A DNA stretch of 63,523 nucleotides, the filler included, from Octopus bimaculoides (taxonomy: Eukaryota), in NCBI RefSeq assembly GCF_001194135.2. It is 4 parts of 3 records of this genome, joined end to end, with 100 filler letters (N's around TTAATTAATTAA, not from the genome) between each part and the next. Parts side by side here need not be neighbours in the genome. Positions count along the whole stretch, not along the records: positions 50,668 to 57,703 come from NC_068991.1; positions 57,804 to 63,523 come from NC_068995.1; 2 more parts are not named here. One strand, 5' to 3'. The translations under genes and the position numbers were made by a program. A model generated the notes under the pieces. The model searched no databases, was not told the origin of the DNA, and saw nothing but the letters and a program-made list of their open reading frames with translations. Positions 50,568-62,057 of this stretch are shown here, piece after piece (the first letter of the stretch is position 1; every line of letters begins with the position of its first letter).

Positions 50568-50667
50568 NNNNNNNNNNNNNNNNNNNNNNNNNNNNNNNNN
50601 NNNNNNNNNNNTTAATTAATTAANNNNNNNNNNNNNNNNNNNNNNNNNNNNNNNNNNNNNNNNNNNN
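50568..50667. other. Synthetic scaffold linker
   Basis: 44 N + TTAATTAATTAA + 44 N. Confidence 0.95.
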
Positions 50668-50945
50668 CCTAATAAAATGCATACACGCAGAACCATTTAC
50701 GCATATGTTCTGTGGCCCACCACCATTGTGGGCGTGTCACAGAAGCACCAATCATAATCGCACACAATGCAAATTGACCCTTTATTGATAATTTATTATC
50801 TTCGAGAATTGAAGAATTTTGCCGCCTTTTTTTCCGTGTGCTTTTGGTTATAGTTGTTTCCCTTACATCGTTGAATTATTTACAGGACGAACAGAAAGGA
50901 TTCACATATTTCACGACTTAAACGTAGATGTTTTGTTAGACCAGA

Positions 50946-51076
50946 CGGTAGATACCACGAAAGAAATTCTCATATTGGCTTTCGGTGCGAAATGGACTAT
51001 TGTTTATATCACTATTATATAATTTTTTATTTTGCACCAAAAGCTCGTATGAGATTTTCTCTCATGGTATCTACCG
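50946..51076. mobile_element. Short MITE with ~48 bp inverted arms
   Basis: CGGTAGATACCACGAAAGAAATTCTCATA.. mirrored at 51029-51076. Confidence 0.7.
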
Positions 51077-51079
51077 CAG

Positions 51080-51467
51080 TGTGGAGGCGCAATGGCCCAG
51101 TGGTTAGGGCAGCGGACTCGCGGGCATAGGATCGCGGTTTCGATTCCCAGGCTGGGCGTTGTGAGCGTTTATTGAGCGAAAACACCTAAAGCTCCACGAG
51201 GCTCCGGCAGGGGATGGTGGCGAACCCTGCTGTACTCTTTCACCACAACTTTCTCTCGCTCTTACTTCCTGTTTCTGTTGTGCCTGTAATTCAATGGGTC
51301 AGCCTTGTCACACTGTGTGTCACGCTGAATATCCCCGACAACTACATTAAGGGTACACGTGTCTGTGGATTGCTCTGCTACTTGCACGTTAATTTCACGA
51401 GCAGGCTATTCCGTTGATCGGATCAACTGGAACCCTCGACGTCGTAAGCGACGGAGTGCCAATAACA
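51080..51467 (+). mobile_element. SINE family A, full-length long-tail variant
   Basis: A and B boxes; perfect 11 bp TSD ATCTACCGCAG at 51069-51079 and 51468-51478. Confidence 0.95.
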
Positions 51468-51689
51468 ATCTACCGCAGCATAGTTAGTTCTAACCACATC
51501 TACATTTAAGTGGAGATAAATATTACCTCTCTGTCGCTAATATATGTATTTTTTACATATTTCATTTCCAATTTGTGTAGTTTTTCTTATATATTACGTG
51601 TAATTTTTCTTTATATCCTCTACTTGTCTAACAGTACTCACTCGCTCAGTAAATATTTCTTTAATTATTTTATCGTAAATAAGTCGATG

Positions 51690-51970
51690 TAATAGATTTA
51701 CCCCCCTCCCCGAAATTGTTGGCCTTGTGCCAAAATTTGAAATCATTATTTTATCGCACTCTAAGGAGACAAGCTGGTAGAATCTTTAGCATACCGGACA
51801 AAATGTTTAGTGGCATTTCGTCCGTCTTTACGTTCTGAGTTCAAACCCCGCTGAGGTCGACTTTGCCTTTCATCCTTTCAGGGTAAAATAAGTACCAGTC
51901 AAATACCGGAATCTATGTAATCGACGTGCTCCATTTCAAAAACTACTGCCCCTTCGCTAAAGTTTAAAAT
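51690..51970 (+). mobile_element. SINE family C (tail fragment plus full copy), CpG mostly intact
   Basis: Shared core. Confidence 0.85.
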
Positions 51971-52419
51971 CATTTTATTTCTGCTTTCATCTCTCTTTTA
52001 AAGAACGTCAAAGTTAGCCCATGTACGTGGTTTTTTAACTTGCTAGAAATAGCAGGGATCACGATGGTATATTTTAAGACCTACTGCATACTTAACTGTC
52101 ATACCAACAAATTCACCTCATATTATGCCGGTACCTCTGGAAAAATTTCATTAAAAAAGAAAAAAATATATTAATTCAATAAATTCCAGTAGGGTAGTTT
52201 TCTGCAAGTCTCTGAATAATATTTACATGTCTAATTCCACTTTGTATCCTTTATTCATCTAATAATACCCATGTGCTCAATAATTAAATGTAGAATAATA
52301 GAAAGCAAAGAATTTATGAAGAAATCGGGTATTATGTATGACTTAAATACGTACGAAGAGTCAACAGCTATTGAAAAGGTTGCAAGACACAACGAACATT
52401 TTAGAGAAATAAACAAGGC

Positions 52420-52567
52420 GTAGGAGTGGCTGTGTGGTAAGTAGCTTGCTTACCAACCACATGGTTCCGGGTTCAGTCCCACTGCGTGGCACCTTGGGCA
52501 AGTGGATTTGGTAGACGGAAACTGAAAGAAGCCCGTCGTATATATGTATATATATGTGTGTGTGTAT
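52420..52567 (+). mobile_element. SINE family B, 5' part
   Basis: Near-consensus head; runs into a gap. Confidence 0.9.
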
Positions 52568-53096
52568 NNNNNNNNNNNNNNNNNNNNNNNNNNNNNNNNN
52601 NNNNNNNNNNNNNNNNNNNNNNNNNNNNNNNNNNNNNNNNNNNNNNNNNNNNNNNNNNNNNNNNNNNNNNNNNNNNNNNNNNNNNNNNNNNNNNNNNNNN
52701 NNNNNNNNNNNNNNNNNNNNNNNNNNNNNNNNNNNNNNNNNNNNNNNNNNNNNNNNNNNNNNNNNNNNNNNNNNNNNNNNNNNNNNNNNNNNNNNNNNNN
52801 NNNNNNNNNNNNNNNNNNNNNNNNNNNNNNNNNNNNNNNNNNNNNNNNNNNNNNNNNNNNNNNNNNNNNNNNNNNNNNNNNNNNNNNNNNNNNNNNNNNN
52901 NNNNNNNNNNNNNNNNNNNNNNNNNNNNNNNNNNNNNNNNNNNNNNNNNNNNNNNNNNNNNNNNNNNNNNNNNNNNNNNNNNNNNNNNNNNNNNNNNNNN
53001 NNNNNNNNNNNNNNNNNNNNNNNNNNNNNNNNNNNNNNNNNNNNNNNNNNNNNNNNNNNNNNNNNNNNNNNNNNNNNNNNNNNNNNNNNNGTAATC

Positions 53097-53375
53097 CAGG
53101 GGTTTTCAAACTTTTTGACTTGCAGACCCCTTTATATTTCAGGTTTTACCTTAGGGACCACCTTATAAACGCTTATGAAATTTATACATAATTATTTGCT
53201 TAAAATAGCATATATTTTTACATTTATTTATTTAACAGTATTTACCAAATAGGTTTATTGTCAATTAAAAGATTTCGATTAAAAAACATGTATAAAATCA
53301 AATTGCCCATAAAAAGTATTTGCTGTCCACGGACCCCCTGTCTTGTCCTTGCGGACCACAGTTTGAAAACCCCTG
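53097..53375. mobile_element. hAT-type MITE inserted in a SINE C tail
   Basis: Perfect 16 bp TIR CAGGGGTTTTCAAACT; right flank ATGTAATC, left flank GTAATC visible up to the gap, consistent with an 8 bp TSD. Confidence 0.9.
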
Positions 53376-53699
53376 ATGTAATCGACTTAACGTCTTTCCC
53401 GAACTTGCTGGTCTTGTGCTAGAATTTGAAACTAATATAGTCACCCACTACGTTCAATTCCATGTTAGTTTACGTATATTTTCAAAAGCATTTCTTATGT
53501 ATTTGCTTTATAAATTTGCTCGTTTGCATATGATCGTAGCTTCCACACTATTGAATAAATCTGTTTCTTCTTTATTTATTCCTCTTAATATTTTTCTTTC
53601 TTCTTTTCCCCCCGAGTTCTCCTCGCTTTTGTTCATCTCGCTCCCGCCCTTCTCTTTCTTTTTCTTTATCACCCTTCCCACCTTTATCCACTCTGCTTT

Positions 53700-53806
53700 T
53701 TAAACACGCTAGGTAGACGAGCCATGAGAGGAGACAGGAAAAGGCACGTCTTTTCTTTAGCAAGGAAGTGGACAGAAAGAGAGATCCCCTTTCGTTACGT
53801 GTCAGC

Positions 53807-53855
<49 letters not shown>

Positions 53856-54115
53856 ACGGTGAAAGGGAGAGAAGAATAGGGAAAGAGTAGGAGAGAAAAA
53901 CAGAAAGGATGAAGAACAGGACAGGGAGAGAGATAGACTGAGAAGAGATAGTAGAAGAGTGCGCATCGTAATTATTAAGATAAAACTTACTTGGAAAAGG
54001 ATGCGTGGCGTTCGATCATATAATAATATAAATAATATATACATATATCCATACATATATGTACATACCTACATCTATATGTATCATATATGGGTACAGG
54101 ACATAAAAAAAAAAC
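53700..54115 (-). mobile_element. Diverged copy of the 49.4-50.2 kb pLTR-like unit spanning a unit junction
   Basis: GATGCGTGGCGTTCGATCATATAATAATATAAATAAT (cf. 50138) is followed directly by ATGTACATACCTACAT..TATGGGTACAGGAC (cf. 49437-49492). Confidence 0.7.
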
Positions 54116-55645
54116 GTTGTGTGTGTGTAGGCGCAGGTAGTGTATCTATGTCGAGTGTACTAAAGAACTTCAGCATCCAGTAAGAATGCACCGTTTGCAA
54201 ATATCCGTAATATTCCAAATCCTGAAAACCTACTTCCCTAAATGGCATATATTTTTCGTTACCTCGTGTATCTTAAACCATTGTATATTAGGATCAGTAT
54301 TCCAATTCGACCCATCCCACTTCCTGGAAAAATACAAGAAACACTCTTTCGTTATTTAGCAATTCCACTTCCATTTACTTGAAACCGAGTTGTCTAAGTA
54401 CTTCGGAATCAAAACAATATTCAAACCGGACTTTGTGAAAGTCTACGGTCAACTATAATGTATTTGGTGTCTGCGCTTTGAACAAGTTGGTGTTTGAAAC
54501 AGTTAAAACGCTACTTGTGTCAAAAATTATCACAGGAGCCGTGCGGATATAACGAATGCTCAAATTGGAAAGTTATCAAACTATTCATATATACAATACC
54601 CTTCAAAATTGTCATTAATCTCCGCGACCAGCTCCCTGTTGAATATTTTGCTGTTGCATTGAGATGACTATACATGTCGAACTTCAATGGTTTTATCCCA
54701 AAACGGTGTCAGATTAGTAACGTATCTGTTACATAAAAATCGTTTCTTTTCTTATTTGTCACTCTTCGACTGCCTGATGATGATATTGGTTTTAACTCGT
54801 TTCAACCCTGAAATGACAATTTGAATCATTCGTAGCTTCACCAACAACTTCTCTACTCGAATCCAGAACAGAATAAAATAAAATAAAATAAAAAGGATGG
54901 ATATAAATGCCTGTCTGTGTCTAAACCTGAAGAAAGCCACTAGTTCAGTGAATAGCAGTTCGCCTTCTCTCTTCTCTTTCCATTCTTGCTCATTGTAACG
55001 CTAAGTCCCTTGGGAAGGAAACGTTCATCTGTCCCTCCAACCGATTGTTTGCAATGATTCAAGCCACTGAAGACCAATTTTTTTTTGTTATGTGGTCTGA
55101 TCGTGAAATTGGTTGTATTCTCTCCTAACATCTTAAAAACAACATCTCCCTATCGTCTTGAGCTTTTGAAATGTTTCACACAGTTCGTGAACACATTTCC
55201 CCTCAGAGATTATCTTTCCGCATACCCGTCTGATGCTCTTTTGTACTAAGGCATCTGGTCTTTTTAAACCCAATAGTGATCTCCGACACATAACACTTGG
55301 GTGCACTTTGAGCTTATCATGGTTCACTTACCCCCTCCTTTTAATTCACACAGTCCAACTCGGAGTTGGCGCCAAAGTGGAGTGCGAATTAACTATTTAC
55401 ATCACGAGCATATTCGTAAGCACTTCTGTTGAGACGACAAAGTTCTTCGAAAACTCAATTAAAAAAAAACCCACTTTCAATTCAATTAGACATAATGTTA
55501 TTCTTAGCTCAGTGAAAAGCGAACCCCGTTGCTCGAACTCTTTGTATGGCAGTCTTATCGGAAGCCCTCGCAATAAAATGATATTGCTTAGTTAGGGTTT
55601 AATTTGAATTTGAAGGTCTGGTACTTCGATGATGATAGAGTTCTT

Positions 55646-55963
55646 TCTTTTTTTTTATGCATCCTTTTAAAGCCTAGCCAGGCTCTTGGGCCCGGTTTCC
55701 CGGTTTCAATGGCGTGTGTTCCCCCCGTCCAGCTGGACGGGACGCCAGTCCATCGCAGCGTTCCTCAAGAAACAGGAAGAAAGAGTGAGAGAAAGTTGGG
55801 GCGAAAGAGAGTAACAAGGCTTGCCATCACCCCCTGCCGGAGCCTCGTGGAGCTTTAGGTGTTTTCGCTCAATAAACACACACAACGCCCGCTCTGGGAA
55901 TCGAAACCGCGATCCTCCGACCGCGAGTCCGCTGCCCTAACCACTGGGCCATTGCGCCTCCAC
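55646..55963 (-). mobile_element. SINE family A, full length
   Basis: Perfect 13 bp TSD TGATAGAGTTCTT at 55633-55645 and 55964-55976. Confidence 0.95.
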
Positions 55964-57342
55964 TGATAGAGTTCTTGCTACAGTAGAATTGAAAATTGAG
56001 GAACTTAATCATAAATGGTTCTGAATGTGAGCGTTGGATGTTCAACCATTGATCGTAGCTACGTCAGGTTACGATGGATCCTTTTATTGAGTTCTTTCCC
56101 TCCATCATGGCCTCTCTACCGTCGGTATCGGTTTCTCTTGGGGGTGGGGGTGTAATTTCTGACCTTGCTTTCGAACTCAACTTTTTTTTAAAGACGACAT
56201 CAAACAATTACAGGACAAAAAGAGAAAAGGAAAGAAAAGAAAAATCCCCCAAAACAAAATAAACAAAAAATATCGACGTAATTAAGCCAACCCGGGTACT
56301 TACGAATTATTTATCTATCCTCAATTTAGTATCCATTCCGAGAGGTGGGGGTGGGGATGGTGGCTATCACTCGTTTTGATTTTTGCTATCTTTGTAGCTC
56401 TTTTGACAATCGAATTCACGAGGAATTTGAAAGCTCGGTTAATGTTGATTCCACTTCAATATCCCTTGCTTAGTGAAGGTTAGGGTGTTGCACTCACGAT
56501 TGCGGATTCGATTCCCGGACCGGACATGACTTTTTTATGCTTTGAAGAGAGTAGAAATTGAAAGAGAGGAGAAAGTGAAATGGCAACATTTGTTTTGAAG
56601 TGAGAGCAGAAAGTGAAAGAGAGGAGAAAGTGAAATATGTATGTACGTGTATATGAAATGGACCTCTGTGTGTATGTATGTGTGTGCGAGAAAGCGAGAG
56701 CGAGAGAGAGAATGAACGTGTGTGGTGTCATGTATCTTTTTGTATATGTGTAAGTGGCACTCACTCATTCGCTCTCGCTCTCTCACACACACACACATTA
56801 TCTTTCATACACACGTACATAAAAACGAAGTGGACTTGTGTGTGTGCATGAGAGAGAGAGAGAGAGAGTGTGTGTGTGTGTGTGTGTGTGAGTGAGTGAC
56901 TGTATTTCGTCATAACATATAGAGAAATGGATGTCTTTTAAGGTACACACTCATATAGAAAATGTGACGTCATCGTCGTTGTATAAAATGTTTACGATAG
57001 TTAACTTATAAAAAAGATTATAATGTAAAACTTTTGTAATGCAAATATGTAAATGAAAATAAAGTTTATTTGGTAGTCGTAAGATTATTGAATCTTTTGA
57101 TACTCCATACGTCAAAATCGGCAACTCAGTCTTCGAATGCATAAGGAAGATATATGTACAAAGAATGGAACTGGTAAAATACGGACTACGAGCCAATAGT
57201 GTATATTTCAGTAAGCTTATTGTGCCATTTTTACCTAAATTCGCATGGATGATATCTCTTAACTTCTAAAAATTGGGGGAGAAGATCAGTTGAGTGCTAA
57301 AACAGAACATTTACCAGGAAATAATAAAAAGCTAATACATCC

Positions 57343-57703
57343 TATGGATCTTTTTTAAAACGGGGGCCACATTTTTCATTAACGAAACACTTTGAAACTT
57401 GGAACACTGGTAGAATGTGTCATATAAAACATCTTTTTCTCTTAGTCTTCTTAAAAAAAAAAGAAATCCATAAGTTATTCCATGTGAAAGTTGTCGTATT
57501 TCTGTAATTTCAACCAATCACTGATGTCCATTCAGCCGATATACATTAAGTGCCGACTACATAAACAAGCGATTCTGAAACAATTAACCCTAACCCTAAC
57601 ACCGTAGTGAAGATCGTGCAGGTGTAATGGAAAAGGCCGATCTTTGGTAAAGATCGCCGAAGACACTTTTTACGGAAAAGGCCGATATTTTGGACTCGTA
57701 CCA
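57343..57703. repeat. Probable non-autonomous element containing (TAACCC)2.5
   Basis: TAACCCTAACCCTAAC at 57585-57600 and direct repeat GGAAAAGGCCGAT; truncated by a linker. Confidence 0.4.
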
Positions 57704-57803
57704 NNNNNNNNNNNNNNNNNNNNNNNNNNNNNNNNNNNNNNNNNNNNTTAATTAATTAANNNNNNNNNNNNNNNNNNNNNNNNNNNNNNNNNNNNNNNNN
57801 NNN
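57704..57803. other. Synthetic scaffold linker
   Basis: 44 N + TTAATTAATTAA + 44 N. Confidence 0.95.
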
Positions 57804-59017
57804 CAGAAAAACTATTGTTTTACCATGAGAAAAACGCTGTTGAAGTGTTAAGTGAAATTTGGCAATCGAAGATCGAATTCATGCTATGCCTGCATGAAGC
57901 CACTACAAACACGCTGTGGAAAAAAATTTATCTACTGTCATGGAGAAAGTGTAACTGTAAAAATGCAGAATTATCAGAGTAATGGGCATTCAAAAAAGTA
58001 TGTATGTATGTATAGAAATGTATGAATGAAGTCTTTAATGTTTAAGATTCAAATTAAGGTAGTGCAATAATAATGTTTAGCAGTTCAAAACTGTGAGTAG
58101 TGAAATGCAGAATTAGGTTGGCTGATCGTGAGAATCAAATATTGATCGCTTTGCTAAAACCTGCTGGTGATATGGGTTATTTCCCTTGGGTTGTTTAAAT
58201 AAAATATTAGTAATATGTAATAGATAGGAGGATCCATTGGATGGACCCTATTATTGATTTTTTTCAACAATCTAAGTATGTCACGAGGTTTCCAGACATG
58301 GTTTCTACTCACGTGTCGAATAAAGTTTTTAAAAAAGTGATATTCGTGTGCATGTGTGTGTATACAAAGTTTTGTTTAAATTTCAAAAATCGATTTGAAA
58401 TTATGAGAAGAGACAAATGACATATTTGTAATATCCACTTTAAAAATGTAAATTTTTTTTAAGAAATGCAATTAAATCTCAAACTTTAAGGATTGGGGAG
58501 GAGAGTTAAAAATAATTCTTGGGGATCTATCTGGTAAAATTGTACCAGATAGAATTAGTCAAACACAAAATTGAAAAAAATCTGGAAAAAAACAAAAAAG
58601 GGAATGATGGGTCTTAAAAGCTGTGCTTCTATTTGAACTGCATTCTTTTATTTTACTAGTTTTAGTCCCTATACAGTGGTCATGCTGAGGTCACTGCCTT
58701 GAAGGTATCTGATCAATCGAATTAATCCCAGTACTTATTTTGTTGAGTCTGATACTTATATACTTATATACTTATATATACTTATATACTGATACTTATA
58801 TACTTAAATACTATATATTTTGTTGAGTCTGATACTTATGGTTTCCAATCTAAGTTTCAGGACACAAACAGAGACACAGATATAGATGTAAATACAGTGT
58901 ACATTTTTGTTCGTGCATTTTGTTCAAGCACCTGAACCTCATTGGGGTGGCTCTTACATTAAGCAAATTTGGCCACCTCTGTTCTATAATATGTATTACT
59001 ATTTTCAGTTTTCCTAC

Positions 59018-59043
59018 CTGGTATAAAGTGGACATTGGATAAA
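59018..59043 (-). CDS. Candidate 26 nt micro-exon (VYPMSTLYQ or SLSNVHFIP)
   Basis: Acceptor TTAATTTCAACAG|, donor CAG|GTAGGA, 73 nt intron to the upstream candidate exon. Confidence 0.5.
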
Positions 59044-59116
59044 CTGTTGAAATTAATATCTTCAATAAAATAAGCCATAGATAAACAATAATGAAATAAA
59101 TGTAAGGACAACTTAC

Positions 59117-59171
59117 CTTGCCACAATGTTATCAGAATAACAATAAGTATTATAACTGCAACACGGTGTCT
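59117..59171 (-). CDS. Candidate 55 nt exon (RHRVAVIILIVILITLWQ, TM-like; alternative frame TPCCSYNTYCYSDNIVA)
   Basis: Acceptor CTAATCTGCTTTTACAG|, perfect donor AAG|GTAAGT; both open frames stay open across the splice. Confidence 0.5.
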
Positions 59172-59389
59172 CTGTAAAAGCAGATTAGATTTGGTATTCC
59201 AACATTTTAACATCCTCATTGCACTGTATCTCTTTAGACTAGAAATATCAAAGCAGGTTCAAACGTTTCACTTGTCAGTTCAGATAATATTTTTACTAAC
59301 TTAATAGTAGATTATCAAATATGTCAGTAGGTCAAAGTTTAACGTAACAATTTAATAATGAAATGAAACTAGTGTAAATATTAATTACA

Positions 59390-59582
59390 AATCAACTCAC
59401 CTGCACCACCCCTGGTTCTATGATATAAAATGTTTTTAAAGTAATTTAAATTAAAACCTTCCAATAAAATTTCATGTCCCAAATACCAGGTTAAAATTAA
59501 TGAAGTTATTTCATCATTTATTTCCAAAACTAATTGAAACAAAAATAGTATTTCAAAAGAAATATGATAACAGAATGGTTAA
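59390..59582. mobile_element. piggyBac-like MITE fragment
   Basis: Similar to 33151-33857; ends GGTTAA. Confidence 0.4.
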
Positions 59583-59841
59583 TTGCTTCAGGCATATTAA
59601 AATAATGTAAGATATATTACAACATTTTATTTTGTACTTAATTTAATACAGTACTAATCAAAGGATCATATTTTCACATTTTAGAAACCAGAGCTGTAGT
59701 GTCCATAGTTGATATAAAAAGGTACCGTGAATTGTTCCAGTTCACATGAAGAATAAGATGTAATTAATAAAATCTTTGTTTGCATATTGAGCTGATTTCA
59801 AGGAAGAAACCAGTATATTCTTCTTTAGGTATTGCACATAC

Positions 59842-59909
59842 CACATCAATCTATAATTATCAGTCTTGTCTTTGCCATGGTGGTTGACTATTGCTGATTC
59901 TTCAGCCAT
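59842..59909 (-). CDS. Weak candidate start exon (MAEESAIVNHHGKDKTDNYRLM)
   Basis: CTCCATGG start context, donor GTG|GTATGT; direct splicing to 59171 would create TGA, so the link is not established. Confidence 0.2.
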
Positions 59910-60267
59910 GGAGTTGCAAAAAAAGAGAATAAGCCTCTAAGACTTGTAGTATTAGTTTGCTGTATCTCACGAGGATTGCATTGAGCTGACATTAACCAAG
60001 ACATATTTCATATTTCAGAATAACTGGCTGAAAATTAAATAGCAATGATGTGGAGATGTCTTCGTTTGATTACAATCTGATTTAAAAAGAAAGCTGCAAA
60101 ATTACATCTTAAGTAAAGGTTCTTTCAAAGAAAAGATGAAATAGTGGCTGATATGAAGGTTTTAAGAATGAACACTGCATATTTCAAATATTTCAAATCA
60201 TTAAGATTCACAAAACATAATGAAAAGTATTTATCAAATATGATTAATTGACATTATTACTTCTTTT

Positions 60268-60482
60268 TTAAGGTGGCAAGCAGGCTGAATTATTAGGATG
60301 CCAGGCAAAATGCTTAGTGGTATTTCATCTGACTTTAAACTCTTGAGTTCAAATTCCACTGGACCAACTCTGCCTTCATCCTTTTGTGTCCAATAAAAGA
60401 AGTACTAGTCAAGCACTGGGTTCGATATAACTGACTAGCCCCTTCCCACAAAACATCAGTCCTTGTGTCTATAGCAGAAAGG
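60268..60482 (+). mobile_element. SINE family C, strongly CpG-decayed
   Basis: Shared core. Confidence 0.82.
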
Positions 60483-60519
60483 ATATTATGACTTCCTTAT
60501 ATTTTAACTCCTACTTATC

Positions 60520-60955
60520 ATTGGCAATAAAAACAGGAATTTAAGGTCTGCTGTCCCTGGAACTACTATATGCCTATGATCTCATTCTTATAGTAAAATA
60601 GTAGAATTAGAAAAGAAATTCCGGGTGTGAAGCAGAACCTGGAATCAAAGAGCCTTAAAGTTAACTTAGCAAAGACCAAAGTTTTAGTAGGCAGGAAAAA
60701 CAGACAGGACTCTACTCCCTTCAGGCAAATAGCCCTGCTCGATATATAGAAAAGACAAGCAGGAATTCCATATGGTGTAACAAGTGCAAGTTATAAACAC
60801 ATAAGAAGTACAGTATAGTGACAGGAAGGTTAACAGAGAAAGTAGTGTTTGTGTGTGGAAGATGTACAGAAGTCAAAAACGCAAAGGATATAGGGGAAAC
60901 AGTATTTCTCAAATACCCTGGAGGCTCCCTACAGGTTGTAGATAGTTTCTGTTAC
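60520..60955 (+). mobile_element. RTE-type LINE fragment A (late RT region with Cys-rich PHD-like insert)
   Basis: ELEKKFRV*KQNLESKSLKVNLAKTKVLV, then PCSI..WCNKCK..THKK..FVCGRC, then LQVVDSFCY. Confidence 0.8.
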
Positions 60956-60957
60956 AT

Positions 60958-61955
60958 AATGTCCCACAAAGCAGTAGAAGAGGATGTCAGAATGATGCCA
61001 AGAAGCAGACCAATCTCGAAAAGAGGGATGTGGAAGCTTAAGGACCCTTCATATGGTCAGAGATTTAGGGACATCCTAATTAAGAAATTTGATGAGAGGG
61101 AGGAGCAGCTATAAACTTGTGTCATAGAAGGCAACTGGGAATTGCTGAGTGCCACAGACCAAATCTGTGGCTTGTGCAAAGTCCCTTCCAGACCCAGGGT
61201 AATTTGGTGGTGTAACAATACCGTACACAAGGCCATTAGAGCAAAGAAACAAGCCTGAAAGAGGGGGCAGTAGGGAATTGTATTGTATAGCCAGAAGGGA
61301 AGCTAGGAGACAAGTGCATCTAACAAAGGAACCCAATGACTGGTGTAGTAGCACCATAGTCAACTGCTACAAAGGTAAAGGTGATGCCTTAGATAGAAAT
61401 AATTACAGAGGTATCAAACTGTTGGATCAGGTGATGAAAGTTATGGAGAGAATTATAGCCCAACTAATTAGGGAGAGAGTTAGCCTAGATAAGATGCAGT
61501 TTGATTTTGTGCCAGGCAGAAGCACCACTGTTGCTATATTTCTGGTAAGGCAGCTGCAGGAAAAATACATAGCCAGGGATAAACCTCTGTACTTGGCCTT
61601 TATTGACATGGAGAAAACCTTTGACAGGGTCCCCTGATCCCATATCTGGTGGTCAATGCGGAATCTATGTATAGGAAAGTGGTTGGTGAGAGCTGTACAA
61701 GCTATGTACAGGGATGGTACCAGTAAGGTGAGGGTTGGCAATGAGTACAGTGAAGAATTTAGGATACAAGTAGGGGTTCACTAAGGATCAGTGTTCATCC
61801 CCCTCTTGTTCATCATAGTCCTCCAGGCAATAACAGAGGAATTTAAGACAGACTGCCCCTGGGAGCTCCTCTATGCTGATGACTTTGCTCTTATTGCTAA
61901 ATCACTACCAGAACTAGAGAAGAAGTTCCAGGTATGCAAGTAAGGTCTAGCAATG
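60958..61955 (+). mobile_element. RTE-type LINE fragment B (linker plus RT to YADD), inactive
   Basis: NYRGIKLL, MQFDFVPGRSTT, LAFIDMEKTFDRVP, WELLYADD; several stops. Confidence 0.92.
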
Positions 61956-62057
61956 AAACCTCTCCTAGGATTAATTCATTTAAAACTCTAACGAAATGTA
62001 TTCGTGTTTGTGAACTAATTTAATTATTGATTTACTGTACAACAACACTATATCCTT

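Noticed and set aside
54774-54820. CTGATGA..GAAA as another hammerhead (similar lone boxes at 601, 6862 and 25381)
   Set aside because: No helix II, helix III or cleavage triplet can be formed.
56560-56640. Three GAAAGTGAAA motifs (IRF/Blimp-1-like)
   Set aside because: Explained by a local 22 bp duplication in purine-rich low-complexity DNA.
57585-57600. Telomere or interstitial telomeric array
   Set aside because: Only 2.5 hexamers, embedded in complex sequence.
58526-58553. 11 bp hairpin TCTATCTGGTA/TACCAGATAGA
   Set aside because: Isolated, with no supporting context; plausible by chance in 55 kb.
60520-61955. Circularly permuted RTE element (3' part placed before 5' part)
   Set aside because: The two pieces overlap by ~130 bp around the YADD region and are clearly diverged there, so they are two independent copies.
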